In this document: piece by piece, positions 54,561 to 64,000 of the stretch | How positions within the stretch are numbered: the first letter of the stretch is position 1 | How the letters are laid out: the number at the start of each line of letters is the position of its first letter | Assembly (NCBI GenBank): GCA_965207445.1 | Contig: CBDBLX010000002.1 | Location: 1,591,849 to 1,655,848, forward strand | Direction of reading: 5' to 3' | DNA length: 64,000 nucleotides | From: Nitrosopumilus sp. | GTDB taxonomy: Archaea; Thermoproteota; Nitrososphaeria; Nitrososphaerales; Nitrosopumilaceae | Notes under the pieces: model-generated | Told to the model about the DNA's origin: nothing | What the model saw: only the letters and a program-made list of their open reading frames with translations | The model's database searches: none | Translations under genes and position numbers: made by a program

Positions 54561-54763
54561 TACACTATCAAAGTAGTCAAGAAGAGATTGACTCGAAGAT
54601 CAACATAGTAGATGCCAACCTGAGATCGTGTAAGCATATCGTACTGATAAATGATCCGGACGTAGACGACACTGCATACAAGGAAGCTCATAACGCAATA
54701 CTGCAAGCCAGATGGATGCAACATAATGAGTTATCATGTTTACAGAATTGCACCAATTCTTGA
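54542..54763 (+). pseudogene. HEPN-domain protein, N-terminal fragment
   Basis: Overlaps the MNT stop; TAYKEAHNAILQA helix typical of MNT-associated HEPN; then degenerates. Confidence 0.55.
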
Positions 54764-54854
54764 TTCCCCATGTCAGTGGGGTGTAGAGCAATGCAGAGCA
54801 AATCAAGGCATGGATATATCTGATGATGCTATTTGGGTGTGTAAGAGGATGAGG

Positions 54855-54940
54855 CGCTGGGGGCGGGATTTGAACCCACATACGCTTGGGCGCGTACTCC
54901 CTCTTCAGAGGAGCGGCATGCCGAGTTAGCCGACCCCAGC
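54855..54940 (-). tRNA. Non-canonical class II tRNA: GAA (Phe) anticodon on a Ser-like body
   Basis: Acceptor GCTGGGG/CCCCAGC plus G73; D-arm GGC/GCC with G18G19; anticodon stem CTCCT/GGGAG, loop CT-GAA-GA; variable arm TACGC-GCCCAA-GCGTA; T-arm GTGGG-TTCAAAT-CCCGC. Confidence 0.85.
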
Positions 54941-54974
54941 AACCTTTTTTAACACACTTTGCTTAATACCCTAT

Positions 54975-55026
54975 AGGTGCACTAAAGAGGAGCAAATTGG
55001 GCGCGTACTCCAACAGCACCTTTTTT
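54975..55026 (+). ncRNA. Candidate ~50-nt antisense sRNA to the adjacent tRNA
   Basis: Terminal stem AGGTGC/GCACCT followed by a T-run; carries AGAGGAGC and TTGGGCGCGTACTCC, exact complements of tRNA nt 26-33 and nt 40 through the variable loop. Confidence 0.5.
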
Positions 55027-55135
55027 ATCATAACATCAGTTGACTACGACTCGTCTCATTTTTGTCATGAATCTCTTTAGACCCACTCAGTATAGGATTC
55101 GAGTCCCTTTTTGCCATCTTGTGTTGTTGCCGTCG

Positions 55136-56500
55136 TCAGTAGTTTGCAATATGTTTTATATGATTTTATTTGAATAATCTACAATGTAGTTAAATTTTAA
55201 TGATTATATTTAATCAAATCAAATAGAAAGTGTAACATATGGGAATATTCTAGTATTTCTGATTATATATGAAAAACTATGTATTAAAACATTAATATAA
55301 ATTATGAGAGGTAAATTATAAAGTTTTACAAAAACGATTCTTCAATTTTGGAGTAAAAAAATTAACCAGATATAACAACAAGTATGGCGTGGATGATTAT
55401 CTCGGTACACTTGCCACCATGTCACTTGACAACATGTGCGTAAATGCAGCAACACACAAAAGAAAACATAATGAGGCTAACTATTTTAGAAAAAGTGAGC
55501 GCATAAACATACCATCTGAAAATACTGTGCTCAAGTCTAAAGAGCTCAGATCTAGAACAGGTGAAACAGTGGGGTGACGAGAATATCAAATGTTTAACAA
55601 TGCCAAAAAACACAACATGCTCAAAAAAGGCAAACACCATTGCAATTGATGAGCAGATGGGAATATTATGGCAAGGCACTTAAATCTGAGATGCTAAAAA
55701 CAAAACACAATAATGGTACTAGGATTTCATTCATTTATGACAGCGCAAATGATGAACCACGCAGGTAATTGTTTGCAAATCGTGTGACCAATAATGATAA
55801 AATGGTCGCAGTCATGCGTAAAATTATTGAAAAATTAATTCGAGAGCATACACGTCCGGAACTTGTCCTCTTTGATCGAGGTTTTTACAACGTTGCATGT
55901 ATAGAAGAACTTTTGCGCCTGCCTTTCATAATACTAGCAATTAAAAATAAGCGTATATAAAAGTATATTTTAAAAGTTCACAACAAAAAAAGAAAACCTG
56001 CATCAATTATTGAGATGTGTGACAAAAACAAAAAACAGCAAGTTTACATTACTTGTCATCAAAAAAAAACAACGTCAAAAAAACTGATGAAATAATCGAT
56101 CAGTATGTAACATTGGCCACAAATATGAAAATCACTAACAAAAGCAAACTCATCAAAACCATCCCAGAGACTTGTTGCAAGCGCTGGATAATAGAGACAG
56201 GATTATAGTGATAAAAAATACTACTCCAAAGACAACTAGCAACGCCTTGTAGGTTCGATTATTGTTGATATTTTTTGGAGTGTTGCTATGTGGTTTGTGG
56301 GCAATGGTAAGATACGAAAATTACGACGTACTTGCAAATGAAAAATTATTCACAATGGATACTTTATGGATTCAATTGCCGGATTGATCAGAGGACTGCT
56401 TTGATAGGAACTAAAACAGAATAGTTACTTGCCAATAAATCTACCGCACTGTATAATTAGAAATAAGATCATTAGAATTGGGCACATTGTGAACTACTGA
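55136..56500 (+). mobile_element. ISH3-like (IS4 superfamily) element with degraded transposase
   Basis: TIR TCAGTAGTT(T/C)(G/A)CAAT at both ends; TIAIDE, LFDRGFY, KRWIIETG fragments. Confidence 0.8.
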
Positions 56501-56650
56501 TTTTAATTAGAAAAACGTTGTGACATCGGGATTAAAAACAAATTCATTTTACAAGTTATTTAATCAAATGTAATTACGTTGAATTTGTATCCAAAATTAT
56601 ATGCTAAATGGCATTGCTAAATGACATTGCTAAATGATATGCTAAATGAT

Positions 56651-58258
56651 TCAAGAAGCATTTTTGTCTTGTAACATCTTTTTGAGCATAATACGGTTCA
56701 TACCCTCAATTACAGCCTTTACGCTAGTAGTGACTATATCCTTGCCAATTGACTTTGCAGAAGCAGAGTTGCCATTGTCATCCTCAACAGATATCGTAAC
56801 CTCACATAGTGCAGCAGAACCACCCGATATAGAGGCAAGTCCATAATCTTTAATGTGCATATGTGTAGTCTTGTCAATAATACGCTCAATTGCATTGAAT
56901 GCCGCATCAACAGGTCCCTGTCCATAGTCCGTACCAGAGAATTCAGAACCATCAATGTCAAGTTTTACAAACGCATAAGGCATAGTACCAATTCCAGTAG
57001 ACACTGAAAATCCAGTCAGATTGACAAGTCTTTTTATTCCACTATCCCCTAAAATATCACTTGCAAAGGACAAAAGCTCAACATCAGTAATGATCTTGCC
57101 CTCATCACCAAGTGACTTTACACGCTCTAATATCGCCTGTGCTTGCTTCTCATCAGGTGTAATACCATATTCTTTGAGCATTGCATTCATACCATGTAGT
57201 CCCGCATGCTTTCCTACATGAAGCCAACGTTTCCGGCCCACAATCTCAGGGCTTATTGGCTCATATGTTAATGGGTTATTTAGTATGCCATGTGTGTGTA
57301 TGCCAGACTCATGGCCAAATGCATTCTCACCCACAATTGCCTTGTTTGGTTGCACCTGGATGCCAACCACACTTGCCAAGTACCGTGATGTGTCATAGAG
57401 TTTTTCGGAGATTATGTTAGTCTCATATGTGATCTCCTCATCACCACTCAGAGTTGTATGTGCAAGACACTGCAATGCCATTGAGAGTTCCTCAAGTGAT
57501 GCATTGCCTGCACGCTCACCTATTCCATTGATCGTAACGTGTGCACACACTGCACCAGCGTTTATTCCAGACAAAGCATTAGCAACTGCAAGCCCAAAGT
57601 CATTGTGACAATGCACACTAACAGGCAAGTTTGACGCTTTTATAGCATCTTTTGTGATTGTTGCCATATATTGTGGAGTGGAATATCCAACAGTATCAGG
57701 AATGTCAATTCTATCAGCACCAGCAGCTGCGACTGCTGTAAATACCTCGCCGAGAAATTTACGATCAGTGCGAGTAGCATCTTCAGCAGAAAATTCCACC
57801 TGCATGCCTCTGGACTTTGCATATTCCACAGCATCAACAGCCCTTTCCAAGGCATCGACTCTGCTCATCTTTAACTTGTACTGTAGATGAATATCTGATG
57901 TTGCAATAAATGTATGCACATATGATAGTCCCGCATCAGCAGCAGAGTCAATATCCTTGCGGTTTGCGCGTGCAAGGCCTGCAATCTCACAGGAGAGTCC
58001 ATCAGAGGCAATCATAGATACTGCCTTGTGCTCTCCTTTTGAGATGACAGGAAAACCTGCTTCAATGGCATCAACACCAAGATCATCTAGTCTACGTGCA
58101 ATTGCAAGTTTTTGATCAGGGGATAATGATATTCCAGGTGTCTGTTCGCCATCGCGTAGTGTAGTATCAAAAATTCGTATGTGTTTTTTTGTTGTGTTTG
58201 TGGTTGTGTCTGTTGTTGTTGTTGTTGTTGTTTTATCAGTTTGCACATCAGGTGACAT
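56651..58258 (-). CDS. leuA: 2-isopropylmalate synthase (LeuA/CimA family)
   Basis: DTTLRDGEQ, HCHNDFG, GERAGNA, HESGIH. Confidence 0.88.
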   Translation of the reverse strand: MSPDVQTDKTTTTTTTDTTTNTTKKHIRIFDTTLRDGEQTPGISLSPDQKLAIARRLDDLGVDAIEAGFPVISKGEHKAVSMIASDGLSCEIAGLARANRKDIDSAADAGLSYVHTFIATSDIHLQYKLKMSRVDALERAVDAVEYAKSRGMQVEFSAEDATRTDRKFLGEVFTAVAAAGADRIDIPDTVGYSTPQYMATITKDAIKASNLPVSVHCHNDFGLAVANALSGINAGAVCAHVTINGIGERAGNASLEELSMALQCLAHTTLSGDEEITYETNIISEKLYDTSRYLASVVGIQVQPNKAIVGENAFGHESGIHTHGILNNPLTYEPISPEIVGRKRWLHVGKHAGLHGMNAMLKEYGITPDEKQAQAILERVKSLGDEGKIITDVELLSFASDILGDSGIKRLVNLTGFSVSTGIGTMPYAFVKLDIDGSEFSGTDYGQGPVDAAFNAIERIIDKTTHMHIKDYGLASISGGSAALCEVTISVEDDNGNSASAKSIGKDIVTTSVKAVIEGMNRIMLKKMLQDKNAS

Positions 58259-58758
58259 TACACACCACTCCTAGCCAACGCTGCAACTCCAGTCCTTGCA
58301 ACATCTATAATACCAAATGGTGTTGCCAACTCTTCAAACGCGCGTATCTGATCAGGAGTTGCAGTCAATTCTACCATAATAGAGTCACGCTTTACATCAT
58401 GTACCTTGCCGCCATACGCGCTTGCCATCTTGTTTATCTCCATACTATCACTTGCTTGATTAATTTTAATACGAAATATGCACAATTCACGATACACAGT
58501 CATATTCTCATCTAGTCGCTCCACATGGACTACATCGATCATCTTGTCAAGTTGTTTTACAATTTGCTCAATCTGTCGTATATCTCCATATGTGGTAATA
58601 GTCATTTTAGAGTACTCTGGATTTGTCATAGGACCAACTGAGATACTATCGATGTTAAAATTGCGTGCCCGAAACATATGAGTCACCTTGAATAATATGC
58701 CAGGCTTATTCTCGACTCTTAATGATAAAATTGCCCACATTTTAGCATCATTGACCAT
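58258..58758 (-). CDS. ilvH: Acetolactate synthase small subunit
   Basis: VENKPGIL, FNIDSISVG, VARTG. Confidence 0.92.
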   Translation of the reverse strand: MVNDAKMWAILSLRVENKPGILFKVTHMFRARNFNIDSISVGPMTNPEYSKMTITTYGDIRQIEQIVKQLDKMIDVVHVERLDENMTVYRELCIFRIKINQASDSMEINKMASAYGGKVHDVKRDSIMVELTATPDQIRAFEELATPFGIIDVARTGVAALARSGV

Positions 58759-58790
58759 ACATCACTTACACACACATCATAATTATACCA

Positions 58791-60500
58791 TTACGATGGC
58801 AATATCATATCTTTGAGAGGTGTACCAGGGGCAACAAATGGAAGGACATCCTCTTCGGGATCAATTGGTATGTCAATTACAGTAGCAACATTGCTATGTA
58901 GCGCCGTCTTTATTGCAGAGTCAAGTTCTGACATTGACTGCGCCCGCAATCCTTGCGCACCATACGATTCAGCAAGTTTAACATAATCAGGACATTTACC
59001 TTGGTCAACTCCAATCATGCGGCGGTCATAAAATGTTCGCTGCCACTGTGCAACCATACCAAGTGAATAGTTGTTTATCAAAAATACAATAACTGGAATA
59101 TCCTCCAAAACCGCAGTTGCAAGAGAGTTCTCAGTCATATTAAAACTACCATCACCTGCAATGTCAACTACATGAACATTAGGACGTGCCACCTTTGCAC
59201 CAATTGCAGCAGGAAATCCCCATCCCATGGTACCAAGTCCAGTAGAGCTGAAAAATGTGCCAGGATTTATCACATCAAAGAATAAAGACGCCCACATTTG
59301 GTGTTGTCCTACCTCAGTAGTTACTATAGAGTCAGCAGGTAATAACTCACGTAGTTTACGCAGTATCTTGGCCGCCCCCATCTCACCAGGGTGTATCTTG
59401 AGGTTCTCTTTCCAGTATGATTTTGTATCTTTGACATTTTTGAGCCATGTCGTATTTGTAGTAATTTGAGGTTTGTTCTGTAATAGCTTTAGCATTATAC
59501 GTAGCGACGCTTTTACATCACCGACCACAGCAACACTTGTTGTCTGATTCTTTCCAATCTCAGCAGGGTCAACATCCATGTGAATGATCTTGCGATGGTG
59601 CTCAAAGTCATCAAATGTTCCAATAGAACGATCAGAGAATCTCGTACCGATTGCCAAAACACAGTCTGCTTGATCAATTATCTTGTTTGCTTCTGCATGA
59701 CCATGCATACCAATTGGACCTAGTGATAATGGGTGATTTTCAGGAAATGCACCCTTACCTTTGAATGTGGTCACTACAGGTATCATCAATAACTCTGCTA
59801 CTGCTTGCAGTTCTGCAAAAGCAGACGATATTATAGTGCCACCACCTGCCAATATGACAGGTCGCTCAGAATTTAACAGCATGGTAATTGATCGCTCGAC
59901 ATTTTTAACATCAGGATCGGTCCATGGATGATACCCACGTATGTTAAACTCATCAATAAATTTCATGTCTGCTTTGTTTGACTGCACATCCTTTGGAATA
60001 TCGATTAGAACAGGTCCTGGCCTGCCAGTCTCTGCAATAAAGAATCCTTTTTTGACACATTCAGGTATCTGTTTTGCATCTCTAGGCTGAAACGCGTATT
60101 TAACGACTGGGTTTGTCATACCAATTATATCACTCTCCTGAAACGCGTCTTTGCCTATCATATCCACCATTACTTGACCCGTCACTGCCACCATTGGTGC
60201 AGAATCGGCCTGTGCAGTAGCAATTCCAGTCAGTATATTAGTAGCACCAGGACCAGATGTTGCAAAACAGACACCAGGCTTGCGACTTACTCTGCCAAAA
60301 CCATCTGCCATATGAGCAGCAGATTGCTCGTGTCGTACTAGTATGTGACGTATATCGCATCGTGCAAATTCATCATACATTGGTAAATTAGCGCCACCAG
60401 GAAGTCCAAAGACTTGTTTTACACCCTCATTTTCCATTGCGACCATTAATGCTTTTGCACCACTCATATGCAGAGATTGCTCTAAAAGATCACTAGTCAA
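58791..60500 (-). CDS. ilvB: Acetolactate synthase large subunit
   Basis: RHEQSAAHMADG, TSGPGATN, GDGSFNM ThDP motif. Confidence 0.95.
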   Translation of the reverse strand: MTSDLLEQSLHMSGAKALMVAMENEGVKQVFGLPGGANLPMYDEFARCDIRHILVRHEQSAAHMADGFGRVSRKPGVCFATSGPGATNILTGIATAQADSAPMVAVTGQVMVDMIGKDAFQESDIIGMTNPVVKYAFQPRDAKQIPECVKKGFFIAETGRPGPVLIDIPKDVQSNKADMKFIDEFNIRGYHPWTDPDVKNVERSITMLLNSERPVILAGGGTIISSAFAELQAVAELLMIPVVTTFKGKGAFPENHPLSLGPIGMHGHAEANKIIDQADCVLAIGTRFSDRSIGTFDDFEHHRKIIHMDVDPAEIGKNQTTSVAVVGDVKASLRIMLKLLQNKPQITTNTTWLKNVKDTKSYWKENLKIHPGEMGAAKILRKLRELLPADSIVTTEVGQHQMWASLFFDVINPGTFFSSTGLGTMGWGFPAAIGAKVARPNVHVVDIAGDGSFNMTENSLATAVLEDIPVIVFLINNYSLGMVAQWQRTFYDRRMIGVDQGKCPDYVKLAESYGAQGLRAQSMSELDSAIKTALHSNVATVIDIPIDPEEDVLPFVAPGTPLKDMILPS

Positions 60501-60853
60501 TGCAACACCGTCTCAAATATTGTGGGGTTTTGGCAATGTAAATGACACTCAAGTATGGCATGTTTGCATGATAGATGTACAACTGAGTTGTCTTGTAATT
60601 TGTCTGACAAGTTTATATTCATAATTGAATCACAAAAATAACGCACATTGCACATAATAAAGGTTTTATTTTAATTAATGTGAGCCTCATGTCGGTGCCA
60701 GACGTTACGGCAAATTTATGCCTAAATTTGAAAAAGGGTTAAATGAATAGATGTTGTTGTTGTTGTTGTTATGAAACATAAAACAACAGTATCATTGCAA
60801 TTACATTGTATAAGCAATGCTGATAATTCTAAAAATCATAGAATCAAGTCATC

Positions 60854-61001
60854 GTGTAAACCAAGCTCTTTGAACGCAATAATGAAATTTCATACCTGTA
60901 TTTGGTCACATTTATGTTTACATATCAGGTATCGTGCATATGATACATTTAGCTGGGAGTTATTTTAAATGATTATACCAATCATAGAGCTGGGTTTACA
61001 C
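60854..61001. mobile_element. 148-bp MITE with perfect 8-bp TSD
   Basis: AAGTCATC at 60846-60853 and 61002-61009. Confidence 0.9.
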
Positions 61002-61284
61002 AAGTCATCTTTTACAGACAGTAATTTTTGCGCGTATACATTGTACATCTAAAAAGTACTGCACATACACTAACATCAAATCCCACTAATAGCAAAAAAA
61101 TTGGTATAACAACATTTTGAGTCTCAAGTATTATTCAGAGTGAAAACAGTATCAAAAAAAAATTTTTTATCATTCATACTATATTATGAATTCAAATAAA
61201 ATGTATATATAAATTTCTATTAACTAAATTCACAAAAAACGCATATCCATAAAACTTAAACAATAATCAAAGAAAAAATTCTCT

Positions 61285-61689
61285 ATGGGGCAAAGTGCCG
61301 AAATAATTAATGTCATAGAAGAATTTTTCAAAGCAGGTGTCACAAAAGACATGTCACGGCTCAGAGACATACAGCTTGATGATTCAAGATTCTCTAGTTT
61401 TAGTGACTTGCCACCGTATGATCTTAAAGAGTATAAAGAGACAATAGAGTTAGAAGAGTTACGATTTGTAAGCATATCAGACTATTCATACGAGGTAAAA
61501 AATCCAAAGATAAGTGTCTATGATGATAAGATGGCAGTAGTAGCAGCAGAATTAGCTCAAACAGGCATGCTTGTAAATAACAAAGCATTTACAGGAGAAT
61601 ATATGACGATACAAGGACGTGTGACGTTTGTTTTGATAAAAAGTGATTTGTGGAAGATCGTACATATACATTTATCTAGAATAGATTAA
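61285..61689 (+). CDS. NTF2/SnoaL-like protein
   Basis: GRVTFVL...WKIVHIHLS C-terminus. Confidence 0.8.
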   Translation: MGQSAEIINVIEEFFKAGVTKDMSRLRDIQLDDSRFSSFSDLPPYDLKEYKETIELEELRFVSISDYSYEVKNPKISVYDDKMAVVAAELAQTGMLVNNKAFTGEYMTIQGRVTFVLIKSDLWKIVHIHLSRID

Positions 61690-61756
61690 AAATATACATA
61701 TTTGTGCAAAGATAATTTATGAAAAATATAATTACATATGGTTAAAACACAAAAGA

Positions 61757-62746
61757 TCAATGGTTTGGTTTTGCAGCTGCCAAATCAAGATACATCTTGT
61801 ATGCACTCTCAACTGTATTATTACCATGTACAATTGAACGAACAGCACGAATCATTGCAACTGGATTATTTGATTGCCAAATATTACGCCCCATATCAAC
61901 CCCTACAGCACCACCCTGAATAGAGTTGTATGTTAATTCCAATGCATCACGCTCCGGAATCTTCTTGCCCCCTGCCACAATAATTGGAACTGGACAAGAC
62001 TTTGTGACTCGCTCAAAATCATCACAATAATACGTCTTGACAATATGAGCACCTTGTTCGGCTGCAATTCTACATGCAAGTGATAGGTAGCGAGCATCTT
62101 TGCCAAGATCTTTTCCAACTGCAGTGACAGCAAGTACAGGAATACCATATTCTTGTGCTTGATTTACCAGATTTCCAAGATTTACTATAGTCTGATATTC
62201 ATACTTTGATCCTACAAATATTGATAATGCCAATGCAGACGCATTGAGTCTAATAGCATCTTTGATGGATACTGTAATGTCTTCTTGAGATAAATCATCA
62301 CCTATGATGCTTGACCCACCAGACACGCGCAAAACCATAGGGGTTCTAGTAGTTGCAGGAACAGAGGTGCGTTGAATACCGCGTGTTAACATCAACGAGT
62401 CACAGTACCGTAACAGAGGCGCAATAACCTTGGCAGGCTCTTCTAATCTTTCAGTTGGTCCTAAAAAGTAGCCATGATCCACTGCAAGCATTAATGCACG
62501 GTTATTAAATGGTCGAATAATTGATGCAAGGCGGTTCTCCAAACCCCAATCAGAGTTACCAAGTCGCACAGTGTGAGATGGGGTATATTTTACCTGAGTA
62601 GTATCAGTTGGATGTTTTTCTGATATATTGTTTGAGGTAGAAAATGTTTTTTGTTTTGGGTTTTGGTTCTTTGGGTTTTGGTTCTTTGGGTTTTGGTTCT
62701 TAGTATCAACAGACTTTGTAGGGTTTTGTTGGGGTTTTGTTTTCAA
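61757..62746 (-). CDS. lsrF: LsrF-like class I aldolase/thiolase with NQNPK-repeat N-terminal extension
   Basis: DWGLENRL, LAVDHGYFLGP, IVKTYYC, IVAGGKK, DMGRNIWQ. Confidence 0.85.
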   Translation of the reverse strand: MKTKPQQNPTKSVDTKNQNPKNQNPKNQNPKQKTFSTSNNISEKHPTDTTQVKYTPSHTVRLGNSDWGLENRLASIIRPFNNRALMLAVDHGYFLGPTERLEEPAKVIAPLLRYCDSLMLTRGIQRTSVPATTRTPMVLRVSGGSSIIGDDLSQEDITVSIKDAIRLNASALALSIFVGSKYEYQTIVNLGNLVNQAQEYGIPVLAVTAVGKDLGKDARYLSLACRIAAEQGAHIVKTYYCDDFERVTKSCPVPIIVAGGKKIPERDALELTYNSIQGGAVGVDMGRNIWQSNNPVAMIRAVRSIVHGNNTVESAYKMYLDLAAAKPNH

Positions 62747-62999
62747 AAAGCATCACAACACAAACAATTCAACACTAGTCATCAAAAGCGCACTATTAGA
62801 TATGCATCGATATTGTAGAGATTGATGCCACTTTGGACTATCAATAGATATATGGATATACACGCCATAATTATTCTCACAGTTCAATATTTAAAGCAAA
62901 ATTACATAACATATAATCCTAGATAATAACATAAAAATGATCAATTATTTAAAACTATTCAACACAATTAATCGAGAATTATATAGAAAAGTAGACAAG

Positions 63000-64000
63000 C
63001 ACAATCTATAATGCCTCGCGTCTTTTACTTCAAGCACTGTGGTACTTTTTCAGATCATACATCCTGGTTAAAGTCAAAGACGCGCTGTGGGTTCTCTTGC
63101 AAACACGGTTGATCAGTGTTTATATGAACTTTTTATCTGGATTTGGTATTTGAGGCTGAAAAATGTAAATTTTTAGTACTTTATTGCGTGACTGTGACGA
63201 TAGTTTGGAATATGGATAGTTGGAGTCAGTATCAAAAAGACAAACAGGGGTGGTTCATCTTGAAGAAATTGAAGTGTACACCAAAAATGATAGTTTGATT
63301 TGGCATCAAAACACAAACAGATGTAGAGTGTTTGTGTATATGATGTGTAATGTGCAGAATCTGACAATTCAGGTGGAGGCATGTATGGATGCGTTTTGGA
63401 TGAGTGTTATCCACATATCACAACTATCTGCAAGATCAGAGCCTTTTACTGGTATAATGTCAATTTTAATTGCCTTGGCAGGTGTCATGTTGTTTTTGAG
63501 GCTTGTGTGTTTTCTAAAAAAGTTATGGTGTATTATGATCAGACGTAAGAGTCCGGGGGTCCTCTGATTTTAGTCCACGTACACACTTGAGCCTATCCTC
63601 AAATTCTCCGTTGAGTCGTTCGTAGACGTTATTTTGATTAAAAAGGTTCTGTATGTGTTGTATCTTGCGTATGTGTACAAACACCGATCTCGCTCGTCTA
63701 AAGAATACTTTTCTGGCAGGCTTTATGAAATCTTGCAGTCCATCACTTACAAGTATGTGTGGTAGCCTACGCGTACAGGTAGCAGCCATTTGAAACAGGT
63801 TAGTGGGATCAGATCCCTTTTTGTTCTTGAGAATCGGGGGATAAAATAATAAATCGACTTGTGCCATACATCACACCAAACAGATATCGGGTCTGTTTGC
63901 ATATTTTAAATTCTAATTCGTCGACATGCCACTGAAACCATGCATCAAGACACAATAACCTTGAGAACCGTAGCATGATTCGCGAATACTCATCAGTCCA
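63000..64000 (-). pseudogene. IS6-like DDE transposase remnant, running off the window
   Basis: ILVSDGL, NNVYERLNGEFEDRLK..RGLK, HNT; frameshifted. Confidence 0.7.

Noticed and set aside
54901..54914. Reading the anticodon as TGA (Ser)
   Set aside because: It requires C33 and breaks the anticodon stem; the GAA register gives U33, a purine at 37 and a 5-bp stem.
54975..55026. Canonical C/D or H/ACA guide RNA, or att duplication
   Set aside because: No C/D boxes and no ACA 3' of the hairpin. Block order is opposite to a pseudouridylation pocket and is permuted, unlike a colinear att repeat.

Overview
This AT-rich archaeal window has gene content typical of ammonia-oxidising Nitrososphaerota (Nitrosopumilaceae-like); a host-associated, possibly sponge-symbiont, lifestyle is an inference. 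Housekeeping genes are purP, two aspS, gatCAB, a TIGR00300 protein, DtxR, the PIN-ATPase-KH protein, mpg, udg, leuB, leuA-ilvH-ilvB and lsrF. They are interleaved with IS elements (IS630, two IS5-like types, ISH3, IS6-like, IS66-like), at least three MITE families and decaying defence or toxin loci (BsuBI/PstI-type R-M, Toprim/ART/HEPN, nuclease-wHTH-MNT plus HEPN). There is also a partly GC-rich surface protein with a G14 tract at its 5' end. The most striking feature lies in an ~8.3 kb accessory block between leuA and leuB. It is a class II, Ser-like tRNA body carrying a Phe (GAA) anticodon. Divergent from it is a ~50-nt hairpin complementary to both flanks of that anticodon, which may form a mistranslating-tRNA/antisense-RNA module. 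All calls come from reading the sequence and recognising motifs; no database searches were run.
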